This document shows positions 27,181 through 41,894 of a stretch of 64,000 nucleotides of DNA, piece by piece. Under the pieces are notes generated by a model. The model made no database searches. It was not told where the DNA came from and saw nothing but the letters and a program-made list of their open reading frames with translations. The position numbers were made by a program, and so were the translations under genes. The first letter of the stretch is position 1. Each line of letters opens with the position of its first letter. This DNA comes from Octopus vulgaris (taxonomy: Eukaryota), in the NCBI GenBank assembly GCA_951406725.2, contig OX597827.1, positions 17,918,001 through 17,982,000 on the forward strand, in the 5' to 3' direction.

Positions 27181-27495
27181 GAGGCGCAATAGCCCAGTGG
27201 TTAGGGCAGCGGGCTCGCGGTCAGAGGATCGCAGTTTCGATTCCTAGACCGGGCGTTGCGTGTGTTTATTGAACGAAAATACCTAAAGCTCCACGAGGCT
27301 CCGACAAGGGGTGATGGCAACCCCTGTTGTACTCTTTCGCCCCAACTTTCTCTCACTCTTTCTTCGTGTTTCTTGAGTAACGCTGCGATGGACTGGCGTC
27401 CCTTCCATCTGGGGGGTGGGGAACACATACGCCATAGAAACCGGGCCCATGAGGCTGGTTAAGCTTGAAAAGAGCGCATAAATAAATAAAAAAAT
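27181..27495 (+). mobile_element. SINE family C, tail type 4, nested in an older family A SINE
   Basis: Flanked by direct repeat gatgaaagg (TSD); host SINE resumes at ~27498. Confidence 0.8.
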
Positions 27496-28384
27496 GGATG
27501 AAAGGCAAAGTCGACCTCGGTGGCATTTGAACGCAGAACGTAAAGAGCTGGAAGAAATGCCACTATGCATTTTGTCCGACGTGCTAACGACTCTACCGTC
27601 ACCCTGCCTTAAGGATATTACTGATATTGATATCAAACTTTGGCACAAGGCCAGCAATATCGGAGAGGGGTAAATCGATTATATCGACCCCAGTGCTCAA
27701 CTGGTTCTTATTTCATTGACCCCTGCCTCCCGAAATGATGAAAGGCAAAGTCGACCCCGGCGGAATTTGAACTCAGAACATGAAGGCTGCTGAAACGCTA
27801 AGCATTTCGCCCGGTATGCTAACGATTCTGCCAGCTCGACACGTTGAGGATAATGCTAATATTGGCAGTAAGTGTAATCTCTATTGAACTCGTCACTTGT
27901 TACGTCACATCATATTTCAAAGGTTATGCTTCGGCGATTCAAGTGCGGTATGCAAGCTGCAAAATGCCGAATGAAGAAAAGAGGCAGTGAAGCCCTTCAG
28001 TATCCAAGAAGCAACCAAAAGTGTCGATTATTATATATTACATATCCGTGAAAGATATTACATTCCAATATTCTGTTATTCCTTTAAAAAGAAAACTTAA
28101 AAGACCATGGCATCTAAAGTAATTGATTGCTCTGGAATAAATATATCGAATACCGGTATTGCAGATTATATACATTCATATCAACACTCAAATATCGGTG
28201 GAACATACCCATCAAAGCAGATTCTGTCAAGCCCTAACGTAATGATCGTCATAAAGTTAAGACAGAAAATAATTATGTACAGTCTTAGATGTCAGTTATT
28301 CTCCGGATGTGAGCCTTTCTTCTGGGCTAAGCGTGAACAAAAAATATTTATAAACAATCACTTTGAAACCCTTCTGCTTCTCTT

Positions 28385-28548
28385 TACCCTTTTACCCTTT
28401 TACTTGTTTCTGTCATTTGACTGCGGCCATGCCGGAGCACCGCCTTTAATCGAGTAAATCGACCCCAAGACTTATTCTTTGTAAGTCGGTTGTCAAGCGA
28501 TGTTGGGAGGACAAACACAGACACACAAACATATACACACACACACAT

Positions 28549-28619
<71 letters not shown>

Positions 28620-28762
28620 TACGACGAGCTTCTTTCACAAGGCTTTGGTCGGCCCGAGGCTATAAGTAGAAGACACTTGCCCAAGGTGCCACACAGTGGG
28701 ACTGAACCCGGAACCATGTGGTTCGTAGGCAAACAACTTACCACACAGCCACTCCTACGCCT
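28385..28762 (-). mobile_element. SINE family B (two internal deletions)
   Basis: Alignment by eye to other B copies. Confidence 0.85.
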
Positions 28763-29852
28763 ATATCTTCTCTAACAAGATTATAAATTCAAATAAGTTC
28801 CTATAACTCAGAGAAATTTTCAGCATCATCATGGAACAGATGGTTATCGTGAAATTAATAATGATGATGTGGTTTGGCGGAGATGACACTTGTAACTGTC
28901 ATCACGATTTGCTTCACTTGCATCCCCATCAACAACATCATCACCAACACCATCATCAGAATCGGCATCACCATCACCATCACCATCACCACCACTACCG
29001 CGACCAGTAGCAATAATGTGTACTGGGGTCGATCTAATCAACTGGCCTCCTCCCCCAGAATTTCGGGCCTTGTGCCCAGAATAGAATAGAATATAGATAT
29101 ACTGTTGAGTCTTTGAGAAATATATCTCTCTGCATGAATATTCATATATATATATACACGTCAAGGTCACCAGCCCCCATCCACATGCACATTCACGCAC
29201 ATATACACACACACACACACATACACACACACGCACACCTTCATTTTGGGATCACCACTACTTTATTATCTCCCCTTCTTCCCAGCTCTCCTGTGTGACC
29301 CCTCTGTCCGGCATTCACCATAATTGATCTCTCATCAATTATGTTTTATGGATTTTAGTGTGTGTTCAAAATTGTACCATACTGGTTATTGGCTGTAAAT
29401 GACTGACTGATTAACCCGGTGTTTACGGTTGTGCTTAACTGCCCTTGCTTTATTTTACTTCATTTGAATTAATTTTGATGAATCTTGCCTCTCGCAATAT
29501 AAAAACATTTCCTAAGGCTCCAACAGAAAAAAACGGAAAAAGCGTTGCTCCACAAGATGACGAGAGAGTTCTAAATGTCGTTTAGGTAACGTTTTGGCTT
29601 TCCTCGTGAACAAAAGTGACAAGCTATCAGGCAATTTACAAACCCAGTGTGTAAGCAGAAGTAATAAAAGTATATGACTTTTTACTTTTGTAATTTTGTA
29701 CCTATATCACCTTGCGAGCTGTGACCGTGCCAGGACATCGATGAGTTATGAGACTGGTGCTTAGTTGTATCGAACATGCTGCTAGCTGTGATGACGATTC
29801 ACAGGCGCTGTTCCGCTTCTGCTTGACACGAAATCTTTTGTCTGTTACGTTT

Positions 29853-30086
29853 CCTATTTCTTTACTACCCACAAGGGGCTAAACACAGAGGGGACAAACA
29901 AGGACAGACAAAAGGTTTAAGTCGATTACATCGATCCCAGTGCGTAGCTGGTACTTATTTAATCGACCCTGAAAGGATGAAAGGCAAAGTCGACCTCGGC
30001 GGAATTTGAACTCAGAACGTAACGGCAGACGAAATACCGCTAAGCATTTCGCCCGGCGCGCTAACGTTTCTGCCAGCTCGACGCTT
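29853..30086 (-). mobile_element. SINE family A
   Basis: Reverse complement of 1004-1237. Confidence 0.9.
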
Positions 30087-30812
30087 TCTGTTGTCTGTTA
30101 CGTTTCCGCCGTATAGAATCCTCCTCAGGCAATTTTTTTCTTAATGAACCCAATAGAATTCCAGTACTTAAAAGTAAAGATAACATACATGCGTACACAT
30201 TTATCTTTCCATAATTATACACACAAACATATATTATCACCAATACATGCATGTAGGTATACACACATGTATAGACATACACACACTTATACATACGTAC
30301 ATACAGTCATACATATATACATATATCATCATCATCACCATCATCACCATCATCGCCATCGTTTAACTTCCGCTTTCCCTGCTGTCATGGGTTGGACGGT
30401 TTGACAGGAGCTGGCTTGGCAGAAGACTGCACTAGACTTCTGTGTCAGTTTTGGCATGGTCTCTACAGCTGGATGCCCTTCCAAACATGCACGCATACAT
30501 ATGTACATACATGCATACATACATAGGTATGTATGCTAACATACACGCATACGTATATATGCATGCTTTATATGCATGCGTCGTTCATTCACACGCACAC
30601 ATATATACAAATGAAATAAATAGACAAATTAAACAGCAGAGGCACTTTGCCACACGGAAAAACTGCAGGAGCTACGCAGAGGTTTTGCAAGCTCTTCTAC
30701 ATGCATTGCAATGCTGGAAACCCTTCCGTGCTGACAATACGGAAGGGTCAGATATAAAAGGACTTACACAAATAGCTACCCTAAATTTTGAGCAAAAATA
30801 AATGTCCATTAC

Positions 30813-30930
30813 TTATCTGTCAGTTCTTTCATTTGTAATAGGTGAGCTGCAGCTAAAACAGAGATTATCTGCTTAACATTGGTTAAATCCACTTCGTCTT
30901 GGTAGAGGGCTGCTAACGCCACGGCCAGCC
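30813..30930 (-). CDS. BTBD16: Coding exon: C-terminal part of BTB domain (GLAVALAALYQDEVDLTNVKQIISVLAAAHLLQMKELTD)
   Basis: Acceptor ctctttttacctacag|, donor aa|gtaatg; 118 nt, phase-compatible with the preceding exon; matches the BTB pattern AL..LY..EV....VLA.AH.LQ...L. Confidence 0.85.
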
Positions 30931-31341
30931 CTGTAGGTAAAAAGAGGCATGATGCGTTCAGATAAATATGAATATGCATGTCTTTGTGTACGTATGTGTG
31001 TGTTTGTGTGCGTGTGTGTGTGTGTTTTATTATTTATGATACAGACACATACATACATACATACATACACATATGTATATATATATAATATAAATAATAC
31101 ATAAATATATGCATATATACATACATATATGTACATACCTACATCTACATGTATATATACATGCATATATGGATACAGGACATCAAAAAAACGTTGAACA
31201 CTATGAGAAACGAAAACAAAAACAAAACCATGGAAACTAACTTTTTTCCAAACAACGAAAAAACAGATTACAAGACATACAACACAAGGAATATTCCCCT
31301 TCTTCAGTTGTCCGTGTTTCATCTACTCCACGTTTCGAAGG

Positions 31342-31404
<63 letters not shown>

Positions 31405-31620
31405 AATGTAAGTAATTCATTTATCATCATCATCATCATCATCACCACCATCATCATCATAATCCTCATTATCGTTTAACGTCCATCTTCCATGCATGCA
31501 TGGGTAAATAATATAGATTATTTACATGCTTTTAAGTTACGAAACAAATTGTCGTGAAATTAGAATTTTCTTTTTGTAACATAAAATTTCATCAAACTAT
31601 TTCTCTATCATTTGTAATTT

Positions 31621-31700
<80 letters not shown>

Positions 31701-31824
31701 CGTGTGCGTGTGCGCGTTTAGAGGGGTTTGTTATTTCGGTCAAATATACGCCATGGAAACGGGACAACTGATTTCTGAGACCTTGGGATCGAGAAGAATT
31801 TTCAAGTAAATAAGCACAACTCAC

Positions 31825-32115
31825 CTTTCTTTGTCAACTTGGGATCGTCCGCTTCCAAATCCATGTGAAACATCTCAGCGTGACTATAATCTCCCAAATT
31901 TGAGGCCGAATTCCGTCTTGTAAACCGTTTGTCGAGAATACTTGAGCTTCTCGAATGAATGACACTGGCAGATTTTGGTTTCCTCAATAAATCTTGCTTG
32001 AGGCTCTCGCTCGACATTCCGCTAGGCCTTACATATAAATCTACGAGAGCTAGCGACTTGTCTATGTGGCTGCTGTGGAGATTCCATTTGACTCCGAGAC
32101 AATGTAGAGTAATAT
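31825..32115 (-). CDS. BTBD16: Coding exon: N-terminal part of BTB/POZ domain (DITLHCLGVKWNLHSSHIDKSLALVDLY...MFHMDLEADDPKLTKK)
   Basis: Acceptor ttccctttcctgttctccttatactcag|, donor aag|gtgagt; 291 nt with no stop; resembles recalled BTBD16 motifs DVILECLGFKWELH and INDPLVTK. The ORF track shows only the 3' part (31802..32017). Confidence 0.85.
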
Positions 32116-32262
32116 CTGAGTATAAGGAGAACAGGAAAGGGAAAATATAAATATTTCAAAACAAATAAGGATACGTGTGTGTGTGTGTGTGTGTGTGTGT
32201 GTATTGTTTTGCGAGATGGTTTGCTGTGTGAGAGTTAGTGTGTGTGTGTGTTTGTGTGGTGT

Positions 32263-32293
<31 letters not shown>

Positions 32294-32630
32294 TTGTGTG
32301 GTGTTGTGTGTGTGTGTGTTTGCGTGTGTATCAGTGTGTATGTGTGTGTCTGCATACATGTGTGGTTGTGATGGTCTGTGGTGTATCATGCTGGCTGGCT
32401 GGCTGGCTGGCTGGTTACTTAGTTGACTGGTTAGTTGGTTGGTCGGGTGTTTGGTTGGTCGGGTGGTTGGTTGGTCGGGTGGTTGGTCAGTTGGTGGGAG
32501 GTTAACTGTGCAGACTGGCAGCGCACACACATTCATGTGTGGGTGGGTGTGTGGGTGTCATTTTGAGGACTAATGGGTATATGTCAATTAGTGAGTTGAT
32601 GTGTTGAGTAAAGCACTAGTACAGTTTGTG

Positions 32631-33015
32631 TGTGGAGGCGCAATGGCCCAGTGGTTAGGGCAGCGGACTCGCGGTCATAGGATTGTGGTTTCGATTCCCA
32701 GACCGGGCGTTGTGAGTGTTTATTGAGCGACAACACCTAAAAAAGTTCCACGAGGCTCCGGCAGGGGATGGTGGTGATCCCTGCTGTACTCTTTCACCAC
32801 AACTTTCTCTCACTCTTACTTCCTGTTTCTGTTGTACCTGTATTTCAAGAAGCCGGCCTTGTCACTCTCTGTGTCACGCTGAATATCCCCGAGAACTACG
32901 TTATGGGTGCACGTGTCTGTGGAGTGCTCAGCCACTTACACGTTAATTTCACGAGCAAGCTGTTCCGTTGATTCGGATCAACCGGAACCCTCGTCGTTGT
33001 AACCGACGGTGTGCT
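32631..33015 (+). mobile_element. Chimeric SINE: family C head plus family D tail
   Basis: C head to ...ctctcactctt, then gttgtacctgtatttc...aaccgacgg shared with D. Confidence 0.85.
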
Positions 33016-33199
33016 TCCAGTACAGTTTGTGCTACGTAGTTGGAGTATATTTCCGTTGGATCAACTTCAGGATCATCGTGCAGAATAAAGACTAATACCA
33101 AAACCATCTGTTTCATTAAATGATTATGTGCGCGTTTGTGTGTGTGTGTGTGTGTACACGTATATATGTACACACTCACACATATACACACACATATAC

Positions 33200-33592
33200 C
33201 CTTACTCTCTTTTACTTGCTTCAGTCATTTGACTGCGGCCATGCTGGAGCACCGTCTTTAGTCGAGCAAATCGTCCCTAGGACTTATTCTATGTAAGCCT
33301 AGTACTTATTCTATCGGACTCTTTTGCCGAACCGCTAAGTTACGGTGACGTAAACACACCAGCATCGGTTGTCATGTAATGTTGGGGACACAAACACACA
33401 CACATATATATACATATACATATATACGACGGACTTCTTTCAGTTTCCGTCTACCAAATCCACTCACAAGGCTTTGGTCGGCCCGAGGCTATAGTAGAAG
33501 ACACTTGTCCAAGATGCCACGCAGTGGGACTGAACTCAGGACCATGTGGTTCGTAAGCAAGCAACTTACCACACAGCCATTCCTACGCCTAT
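33200..33592 (-). mobile_element. SINE family B
   Basis: Full-length match. Confidence 0.9.
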
Positions 33593-33745
33593 ATACATAC
33601 ATGTATTATATATCTTTTATCTTTTACCTGTTTCGGTCATTAGATTACGGCCATACTGGTGCTGCGCCTTGAAAAATTTTAGTCGAACGAATCTACCCAA
33701 GTATTTTTTTTTAAGCTTGGTATTTATTCTGTCGGTAACCCTTGC

Positions 33746-33974
33746 CGGAGCTGGCAGAATCGTTAGCACGTCGGGCGAAATGCTTAGCGGTATTTCGGCT
33801 GCCGTAACGTTCTGAGTTCAAATTCCACCGAGTTCGACTTTGCCTTTCATCCTTTCGGGGTCGATAAATTAAGCACCACTTACGCACTTGGGTCGATGTA
33901 ATCGACTTAATACCTATGTCTGTCCTTGTTTGTCCCCTCTGTGTTTAGCCCCTTGTGGGTAATAAAGAAATAGG
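33746..33974 (+). mobile_element. SINE family A nested in a B fragment
   Basis: Flanked by direct repeat ggtaacccttgccg. Confidence 0.85.
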
Positions 33975-34329
33975 TAACCCTTGCCGAACCGTTAGGTTGC
34001 CGTTTCAGCAATAAGGGAGCGATAGAATAACTACCAGACGTAAAACAAAAAAAAATAATGATAATAGCAAACATTGAGAGAGATTCGATCGTCTAAACTT
34101 TTGAAGGTGATGCCCCAGCATGGTCGGAGTCTAATGGCTGAAACAACTAAAAGAAAAGATAAAAGAAGTTATATTCTTTTTTGAGAAGGGACAGACTTCG
34201 ACTTTTTCTATCCCAATTTTTTTTTAACCGGATACTTCTGCTTCTAGATCCACACTTCCAAAAATGAATTATTTCACATCACATTCTCATCATCAAATAA
34301 GATCTGGAAGGAATGTAAGAGCTTCTCGA

Positions 34330-34448
34330 CCCTGATGGCTGAGGCTCGTCTCATCCTATGTCAAATGCATCCACTCGGCCGCATTTCGTAATGGACTAAA
34401 TCTATCGATATAATTATGGATGGCCGAGCCCCCAGAAACAGCTGTTGG
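34330..34448 (+). ncRNA. Hammerhead motif with long stem II (A9G)
   Basis: cc-CUGAUGG-ctgaggctcgtctcatcc...ggatggccgagccccca-GAAAC-agct-GUU-gg. Confidence 0.55.
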
Positions 34449-34535
34449 AATTATAATACCTTTCCTCCACCCCTTTAATTTGCCATGTTGTTTGTACTCC
34501 GTGTAAGTTGAAACTATTTATATTAACACACACAA

Positions 34536-34571
<36 letters not shown>

Positions 34572-35120
34572 TGAAAGTTATTAGCTAGCCAACGAGATAT
34601 GTAGATCGTTAATTTGCTATAGCGTTCGTTTAAGATTATTTGTTTGTTTTTTTTTGCAATTAGCTATTTCATCTTTAATCTTTTAATATTTTTATTAGTA
34701 ATAATGAATAATTAATTTATTAGGTCTTTATTATACGTGCATATATATTTATTGATAGAGATAATTTTAGATCTTAATTCTAATATTTATATACACTTAT
34801 ATATTTTCATTGATAATTTTTTTATATATTATTCAAATATTATATATTTAATAATATGAATAGTCATTTTTTTTTGTAAAATACTTATGTAATTAGATAT
34901 TGACTATAACTGATATTAGATTATTTGTGGGTTTCTTACCTTAAAAATTAATACTTAAAAATTAAAAATTAATATTTAACATTATAATCGATTGTATGAC
35001 ATAATCATAATTGTTAAGTATCTAGTTTGATAATAGAGTTTTTTATAAGAAAAATTATTATTTTATTTATTTCTTAAAAAATATTGTTTAAATATTTCTG
35101 ATTATTTATTTAAATATTAT

Positions 35121-35222
35121 AATTAACCTGAAGATTGACTATAACCATAATTCGAATTATTAATTAAATTTAAATTATTGTTATTCGAATTGGTTTATGG
35201 GCATGAAACGATCGTAGTGGTT
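35121..35222 (+). ncRNA. Hammerhead motif in a very AT-rich block
   Basis: aattaac-CUGAAGA-ttgactataaccataattcgaat...attcgaattggtttatgggcat-GAAAC-gatc-GUA-gtggtt. Confidence 0.65.
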
Positions 35223-35397
35223 TTACTCTTTATCTTATATTAAACTTTTAATACTTTTTGATAGTTATATTTTTAAAAAAATAAATGAATAAATAAAATA
35301 ATAATATATATATGGTGCTATTAAGTTAGACATGGCCTGGACCAATCTTTGGTCGAAACATATCTAAGTTTTATATATATATATATGTTTTTTTTTT

Positions 35398-35459
<62 letters not shown>

Positions 35460-35641
35460 TTAAAAATTTATTTGTATAAATTATTAATTTAATTCATTTT
35501 TAAAATTTTAACTTTAATTTAAATATTTTAAATTTTGAATTTTATATTTTATATATTTTTTATTAATTAATTTTATTTCTATGTATTGGTTTATAATTTT
35601 CACTGCTTGATCTGCCTAATAGTGGTTTTATCTCTAATTTG

Positions 35642-35701
<60 letters not shown>

Positions 35702-36143
35702 GCATCAAACTAATACACTTGCTTGTTCTTTATACACCTGTCTTCGTATTTTGTTTTTTTATAAATTTCAACTATACGTATAGATATTTTTTGCATTTGA
35801 TGTATAAAAAAACTTTTAATATATTAGATGAGTCTAATCTACTTATCCCCATGCTTGCTTTTATATATGTATTTATGTATGTATGTATGTATGCATGCAT
35901 GCATGTGTGTATATATGTATGTATGTATGTATTTATGTATAACTCTTGTATCTTTTACTCGTTTCAGTCATTAAACTGCGGTCATGCTGGGGCACCGCCC
36001 TGAAGAATTTTTAATCGAACCCATCAACCCCTATACGTATTACTTTTTAAAGCCTGATACCTATTCTATAGGTCTCACTTGCCGAACAGCTAAGTTAGGG
36101 GACGTAAACACACGAACACCAGTTGTTAAGCGGTGGTGGAGAA

Positions 36144-36207
<64 letters not shown>

Positions 36208-36584
36208 TATACATACATACATACATACATACACACACACACATATGTATAAACATACACGCATACACATGATTACGCTTATGTTTGTTTTAAGGTTCAC
36301 ATGCGCACAAACAAAGGAACGCAGTGTAAATAACGGACAGAGTCAAGTCTATTGTAAAGGTTGCAAGACGCAACGAAAATTTTAGGAAAATAAAAATAAG
36401 AAATAAGTGGAAATTTTAGCGGTAAGTGTGTTAAATTATAAGGCACAAAAAGAAAATGACTCTCCCCAGACACCACAGAATATGCCTCAACATACGAACT
36501 CACATAAAAAATCTTGCAAACCAAATCCAAAAACGAAATATAATAAAAACAATTCTACATATGCATATATACGTATATCAATGT

Positions 36585-36655
<71 letters not shown>

Positions 36656-36871
36656 AGCTTAGAGAAGAAGAAACCAAACGAAACCAAACGAATCGAATCG
36701 AATCGACGCGAAGGCGCTTAGTCATACAATAGTGTAATAAATAAAATATATGCATACATACAAACATATATGTACGTACCTACATCTACATGTATATATA
36801 CATGCATATATAAATATATATACGTGTGTACAGGACACCACAAATAGACGTAGAACTCAACGAGAAACGAA

Positions 36872-36913
<42 letters not shown>

Positions 36914-37085
36914 GAAGGTGTCATTAAATGACACCATCTTAAATTAATTTTTGGTGAATTATTTTTCTCGTAAATTGTATCGAGATTATTTTACACTGGT
37001 GGCTGTTGTGATTCCGTCGCGAAACGAATCAGTTGCAGAACAGACATCGAAACGATGGGTTGGGAGTCTCTAATCATGGTAACGC

Positions 37086-37134
37086 GTGCTGAAGAAGCTA
37101 AGGTTTTATTTTAGCAATGCAGAAACCGGTCCAC
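37086..37134 (+). ncRNA. Hammerhead motif
   Basis: gtg-CUGAAGA-a gctaa...ttagc aatgca-GAAAC-cg-GUC-cac. Confidence 0.65.
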
Positions 37135-37309
37135 ATGAGTCCAAATACTTAAATGTATGTTAGTAGATTGTCTTAACCTGATTTTGCCTTCGTTTGATTT
37201 CTGTGGTGTATTTTTGGCGATTCAATAAGAGTTTTGACTGTTATTTCAAGCAGGTAGACATACTTAGTATGTCCTTTGATTAATTTTAATCCCTCGGCTA
37301 TTTAATGCT

Positions 37310-37396
<87 letters not shown>

Positions 37397-37481
37397 CGTT
37401 TAAATATTTATTGGCTAAACTGGCAATATGACCATTCCGAAATATAACAATATATATATATATATATATATATATGTATAC

Positions 37482-37517
<36 letters not shown>

Positions 37518-38148
37518 ATACATAATAGACGCATACATAATACATGCATACATACACTCGTACAAACATACATATATGTGTATGTCTGTGCACGGGCGTA
37601 TGTGTATATTATGTACTATGTATGTGTGAGTGTATTTAAGCATATATAATATGTAAGCATATATAACAGTGGAAATTGTGATTATAATTATTGGCACTGT
37701 TATCAAACAGTTATTGTAATTGCATTGGTCCCGTCTCAAACACTCTCAGGATATTGCTATATCCTCTGCTTAATGTTATCATTCTATTATTGTAATCTGA
37801 AAGGTTCTGTAATTGTACTAGAGAATGAATTTATCGTAACAATACAAATTTTAGCCAGTACTTAGTGTTTAATATTGGATATACAATTAGATCCGTCATA
37901 TTAAAAGGAAGAGGTTGAAAACAATTAAGAAATGCAATTCTATAGCCATAACAGTCGAAATAAAACTTCTGGCGATACAATAACTCCATTTTTAGACTTT
38001 ACATTGAGATTATTCAAAACAAAACAAAAGAGAGGGAGAGAGAGATTACATTTTCTATTACAAAGAGGCTAATAAATAATTGTAATTACACGAATAGAGT
38101 GAATTTCTCCACAGAGACAAAACGCCGATGGTGCAATGCCTATCTATG

Positions 38149-38383
38149 AAGGCGGCGAGCTGGTAGAATCGATAAGCACGCCGGGAGAAATGCGTAGCCG
38201 TATTTCGTCTGCCGTTACGTTCTGAGTTCAAATTCCGCCGAGGTCGACTTTGCCTTTCATCTTTTCGGGGTCGATAAATTAAGTACCAGTTACGCACTGG
38301 GGTCTATGTAATCGTCTTGATCCCTTTGCCTGTTCTTGTTTGTCCCCTCCATGTTTAGCCACTTGTGGGCAATAAAGGAATAT
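38149..38383 (+). mobile_element. SINE family A
   Basis: Match to 1004-1237. Confidence 0.9.
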
Positions 38384-38384
38384 A

Positions 38385-39010
38385 TCTTGGAAGTGACGGC
38401 AGTTCTTCGTGTCCGGTGATCATGTAGAAAAGCGGCAAACCTCTAAGTGGCTGTGTAAGCCGATCCCTGAACGACGGGCTCTGGTGCACTTGAGACAAAT
38501 ATGAAGGCTTTGGTCAGATGGAGATCGTGAAGATGACTCTTTACTTCTTTTGACGTCTCTCATCCGCCGCGGTTGCTTTAGTCTTCTCAGCTTCCAGAAA
38601 GTTGCTGACAACTTTCTGGAAGCAGTCCCGCTACATTATCCTCTGTGCTACGAATCCCTCCCACTCTGTAGTGTCCCTCCATGCCTTTGTGAGCTCACGT
38701 TCCCGATGGTCTTTGAAACACTTACAGAGAGTTCCTCTGTCACTTTTGCCATGACTGAGTTCTCAGTGGAATACGGCCTTCGGTATTCTGGGTTTCTGGA
38801 TTTTTCCATGCGTGAAACGTGGTTTACTCGTCTGAACTATCTGAGTAGCTGCATGGGTTTCAATTTTCAGGACGTTGGCCTGTTGGAGGACTTCGTTGTT
38901 GGTGATGTGTCCCTTCTACGAGATGTCCATGATGGAGAGAAGTCATCTCTGGTGGAAGCATTTCAGCAGCTTGACCAGCTTGCTGTACCACACCCAAGAT
39001 TCTGATCCAT
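38385..39010 (-). pseudogene. RTE (BovB-like) LINE 3' remnant
   Basis: ESWVWYSKLVKLLKCFHQR...ITNNEVLQQA and terminal C..C.R...SGIGLHSH...C zinc-finger-like motif. Confidence 0.7.
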
Positions 39011-40442
39011 AGATGAGTAGTGATGACAAACGCCAAGACAAAGAGCAGGTGTTCCAGTTTTGGTTAGATGTGATCGCGGTGACGTCTGGAGATCACCATC
39101 TCTATCCAACCAACCAAGGTTATATTTTTTCCCAACACGTTTCTAGGTGACACCGTTATCTTGTCCGTAACTTCGACTCACTTCTTATCAACTTGGTGTC
39201 TGATCACTTTAAGTGAGATTAAAATCTAGCGACAAACACGTTACTAATTCGTACTTGTAGCTCCAGGAGCCGAGTTTTAATCTCATCGCCATGTCCTGAT
39301 TAATGCACATTTCTGTTGTCACTTAGTCACCTACTTCAATATCATAGATGCTCAACAGCTTATCAGTGACGTGATTTGTACATAAATATTCATACCAGTG
39401 ATGTCGTTCGTGGCTTCTTGTACAGCATCTACTAGCTGACCCCACTACATCTCATAATAAGTTATCAATCATCATCCCCTTACTAAATCTTACTGACTCA
39501 TCTGTAATCTTTCTCATTGAGAAAACCCACCATTCATTGGTGCCTATTAATTTCGTCATTTATCACCCAACTCGCTAATTCGGTCTATGTAAGAGAGAAA
39601 ATACATTTAGCGTTCAGTATCTGAGCCACTAGCCATGTGTCTCATTTAAATTGACCGTTAGACTCCAGACTTGTGGTCTTTGTAAAAAGAAACACACACA
39701 CACACAAGTTCTCGTTGTAAAGGCAAAAGAAAGCCAAGTTTTCGTTTATGTCATATTACAACTAAATTTTTAAGTCTCATTCGAACTCATATAACATTCT
39801 TTGTATTTGTCTGTCTTGTTATGTCCCCATCTATGTAAGATCGCATGATTATAATAAAGATTTTGTTATCATTCAATGAGGCCACATACTCTATACTTAC
39901 CTAATAGCCTAACAAAATTTTAAAGACTACCAAAATGACCTGGTGAGGTTTGTTCCAAATCCACATCAGTGCATTCGGAAAATCCAGACGATATCACCCA
40001 GACATTTAGAATTGATTGCCAATAACAATTACGTTGTCAGATATCAGACAGAAAAATAACCTCAAATTTGTAATTAAAAATTGCTTCAAATATCACACAA
40101 ATAATGTAATCTCACCAGCCTCATTTGATTGCGTGTAATCAAACAGCAATAATTGACAATTATCAGGTTACATCAAATCGTTATGCCAACTAAAATAATT
40201 ACTTTAATTAGTCTAATAGTATCAATTAAGTTTATCTGTTTTAACCACTTCCATCTGATTATAGTTTTACTTCAGTTTTTCTTTCTATCTCACTCCTTCT
40301 GGGTGAGTATCCACTGTGCGATACACCCCGTTATGGTCAACTCATCTAAATTAGTCCTAACATTTTGAAGATGATGAACCATGCTTTTGATTAGAGAAGA
40401 ACGTGGTCGTCGAGTTGAAAGACTTTTCTTTGCATATTGGGT

Positions 40443-40842
40443 ATTCTTTTATTTGTTTCAGTCATGTGATCGTGACCATGCTGGAGCACCGCCTTTAGTC
40501 GAGCAAATCGAACCCAGGACTTATTCTTTGTAAGCCTAGTACTTATTCTATCGGTCTCTCTTGCAGAACCGCTAGATGACGGGGACGTAAACACACCAGC
40601 ATCGGTTGTCAAGCGATGCTGGGGGGGGGACAAACACAGACACGCAAACATATACACACCCATATATACACATATAAACGACGGGCTTCTTTCAGTTTCC
40701 GTCTACCAAATCCACTCACAAGGCTTTGGTCGGCCCGAGGCTATAGCGGAAGACACTTGCCCAAGTTGCCACGCGGTGGGACTGAACCCGGAACCATGTG
40801 GTTCGTAAGCAAACTACTTACCACACAGCCACTCCTGCGCCT
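40443..40842 (-). mobile_element. SINE family B
   Basis: Full-length match. Confidence 0.9.
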
Positions 40843-40921
40843 AGGTGAATTAATGCTACACTTCACCAAATTAAGAGTAGTAATACAGCTTATTGGTACC
40901 ATCCTGTTCCAGAAACGGTTG

Positions 40922-40922
40922 T

Positions 40923-41018
<96 letters not shown>

Positions 41019-41069
41019 TTCATCACCACCATCATCATCATCATCATCATCATCACCACCATCACCATC

Positions 41070-41115
<46 letters not shown>

Positions 41116-41138
41116 CCACCACCATCATCATCATCATC

Positions 41139-41184
<46 letters not shown>

Positions 41185-41191
41185 CCACCAC

Positions 41192-41227
<36 letters not shown>

Positions 41228-41228
41228 T
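40922..41228 (+). repeat. (CAT)n microsatellite
   Basis: Direct reading; source of poly-H/D/M ORFs. Confidence 0.98.
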
Positions 41229-41845
41229 CAGTAGCCTCATTTTCATCCCGTGCTTTTACTGCACTACCAAGTGCAGCTCTGTGTGCCTTGGGTATGTGCT
41301 GTGGTTCGTTGTGATGCCCTTATTTTCACTGTATTAAAAGTGCTTTACGTAGGTTGTGCGCAGTGCCTAGTAGTGCTATTTTCTGTATGTTATATACATT
41401 CATAACTCCTGGTGTTTTTGCTATGTATTTGTCTGAATGCTTTTTTTAATCCTACCAAATGCACCTATTATTATAGGAATTGGTTCCATTTTTAGGCTCC
41501 ACATTCGGGTTATCTCTATTTCCAGATCTTTGTATTTTGAGAGTTTCTCCGTTTCTTTTAGAGAAACATTGTCATCTGTTAGGATTGAGAGATCGATTAA
41601 AAAAGGCATTTTTTTCTTGGTAATCTTTGACAACTATATCCGGTCCATTAGCCTTGATATCTCTATCCGTGTGCATTTGCATACCCCAGATATGATTGCT
41701 TTCCCATTTTCTGAGATATTTTCTGGGATGTCCTTATACCCTCCTTTTTCTTTTGTGATTCCATAATATTGGCATAGCTTCCAGTGTATGTAGGTCCCAA
41801 CTCTATCATATCTTAGCAAGGACTGGATAGCCGGAGACAATATGA
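41229..41845 (-). pseudogene. Dong-like LINE 3' end (RLE) with tail in (ATG)n
   Basis: RYDRVGTYIHWKLC; FLIDLSILTDDNVSLKETEKLSKYKDLEIEI. Confidence 0.85.
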
Positions 41846-41862
41846 TTTATTGTTTTATTATT

Positions 41863-41894
<32 letters not shown>

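Noticed and set aside
28766-28842. ICSMMMLKISLSYRNLFEF as next BTBD16 exon
   Set aside because: Faint resemblance only; no AG/GT boundaries
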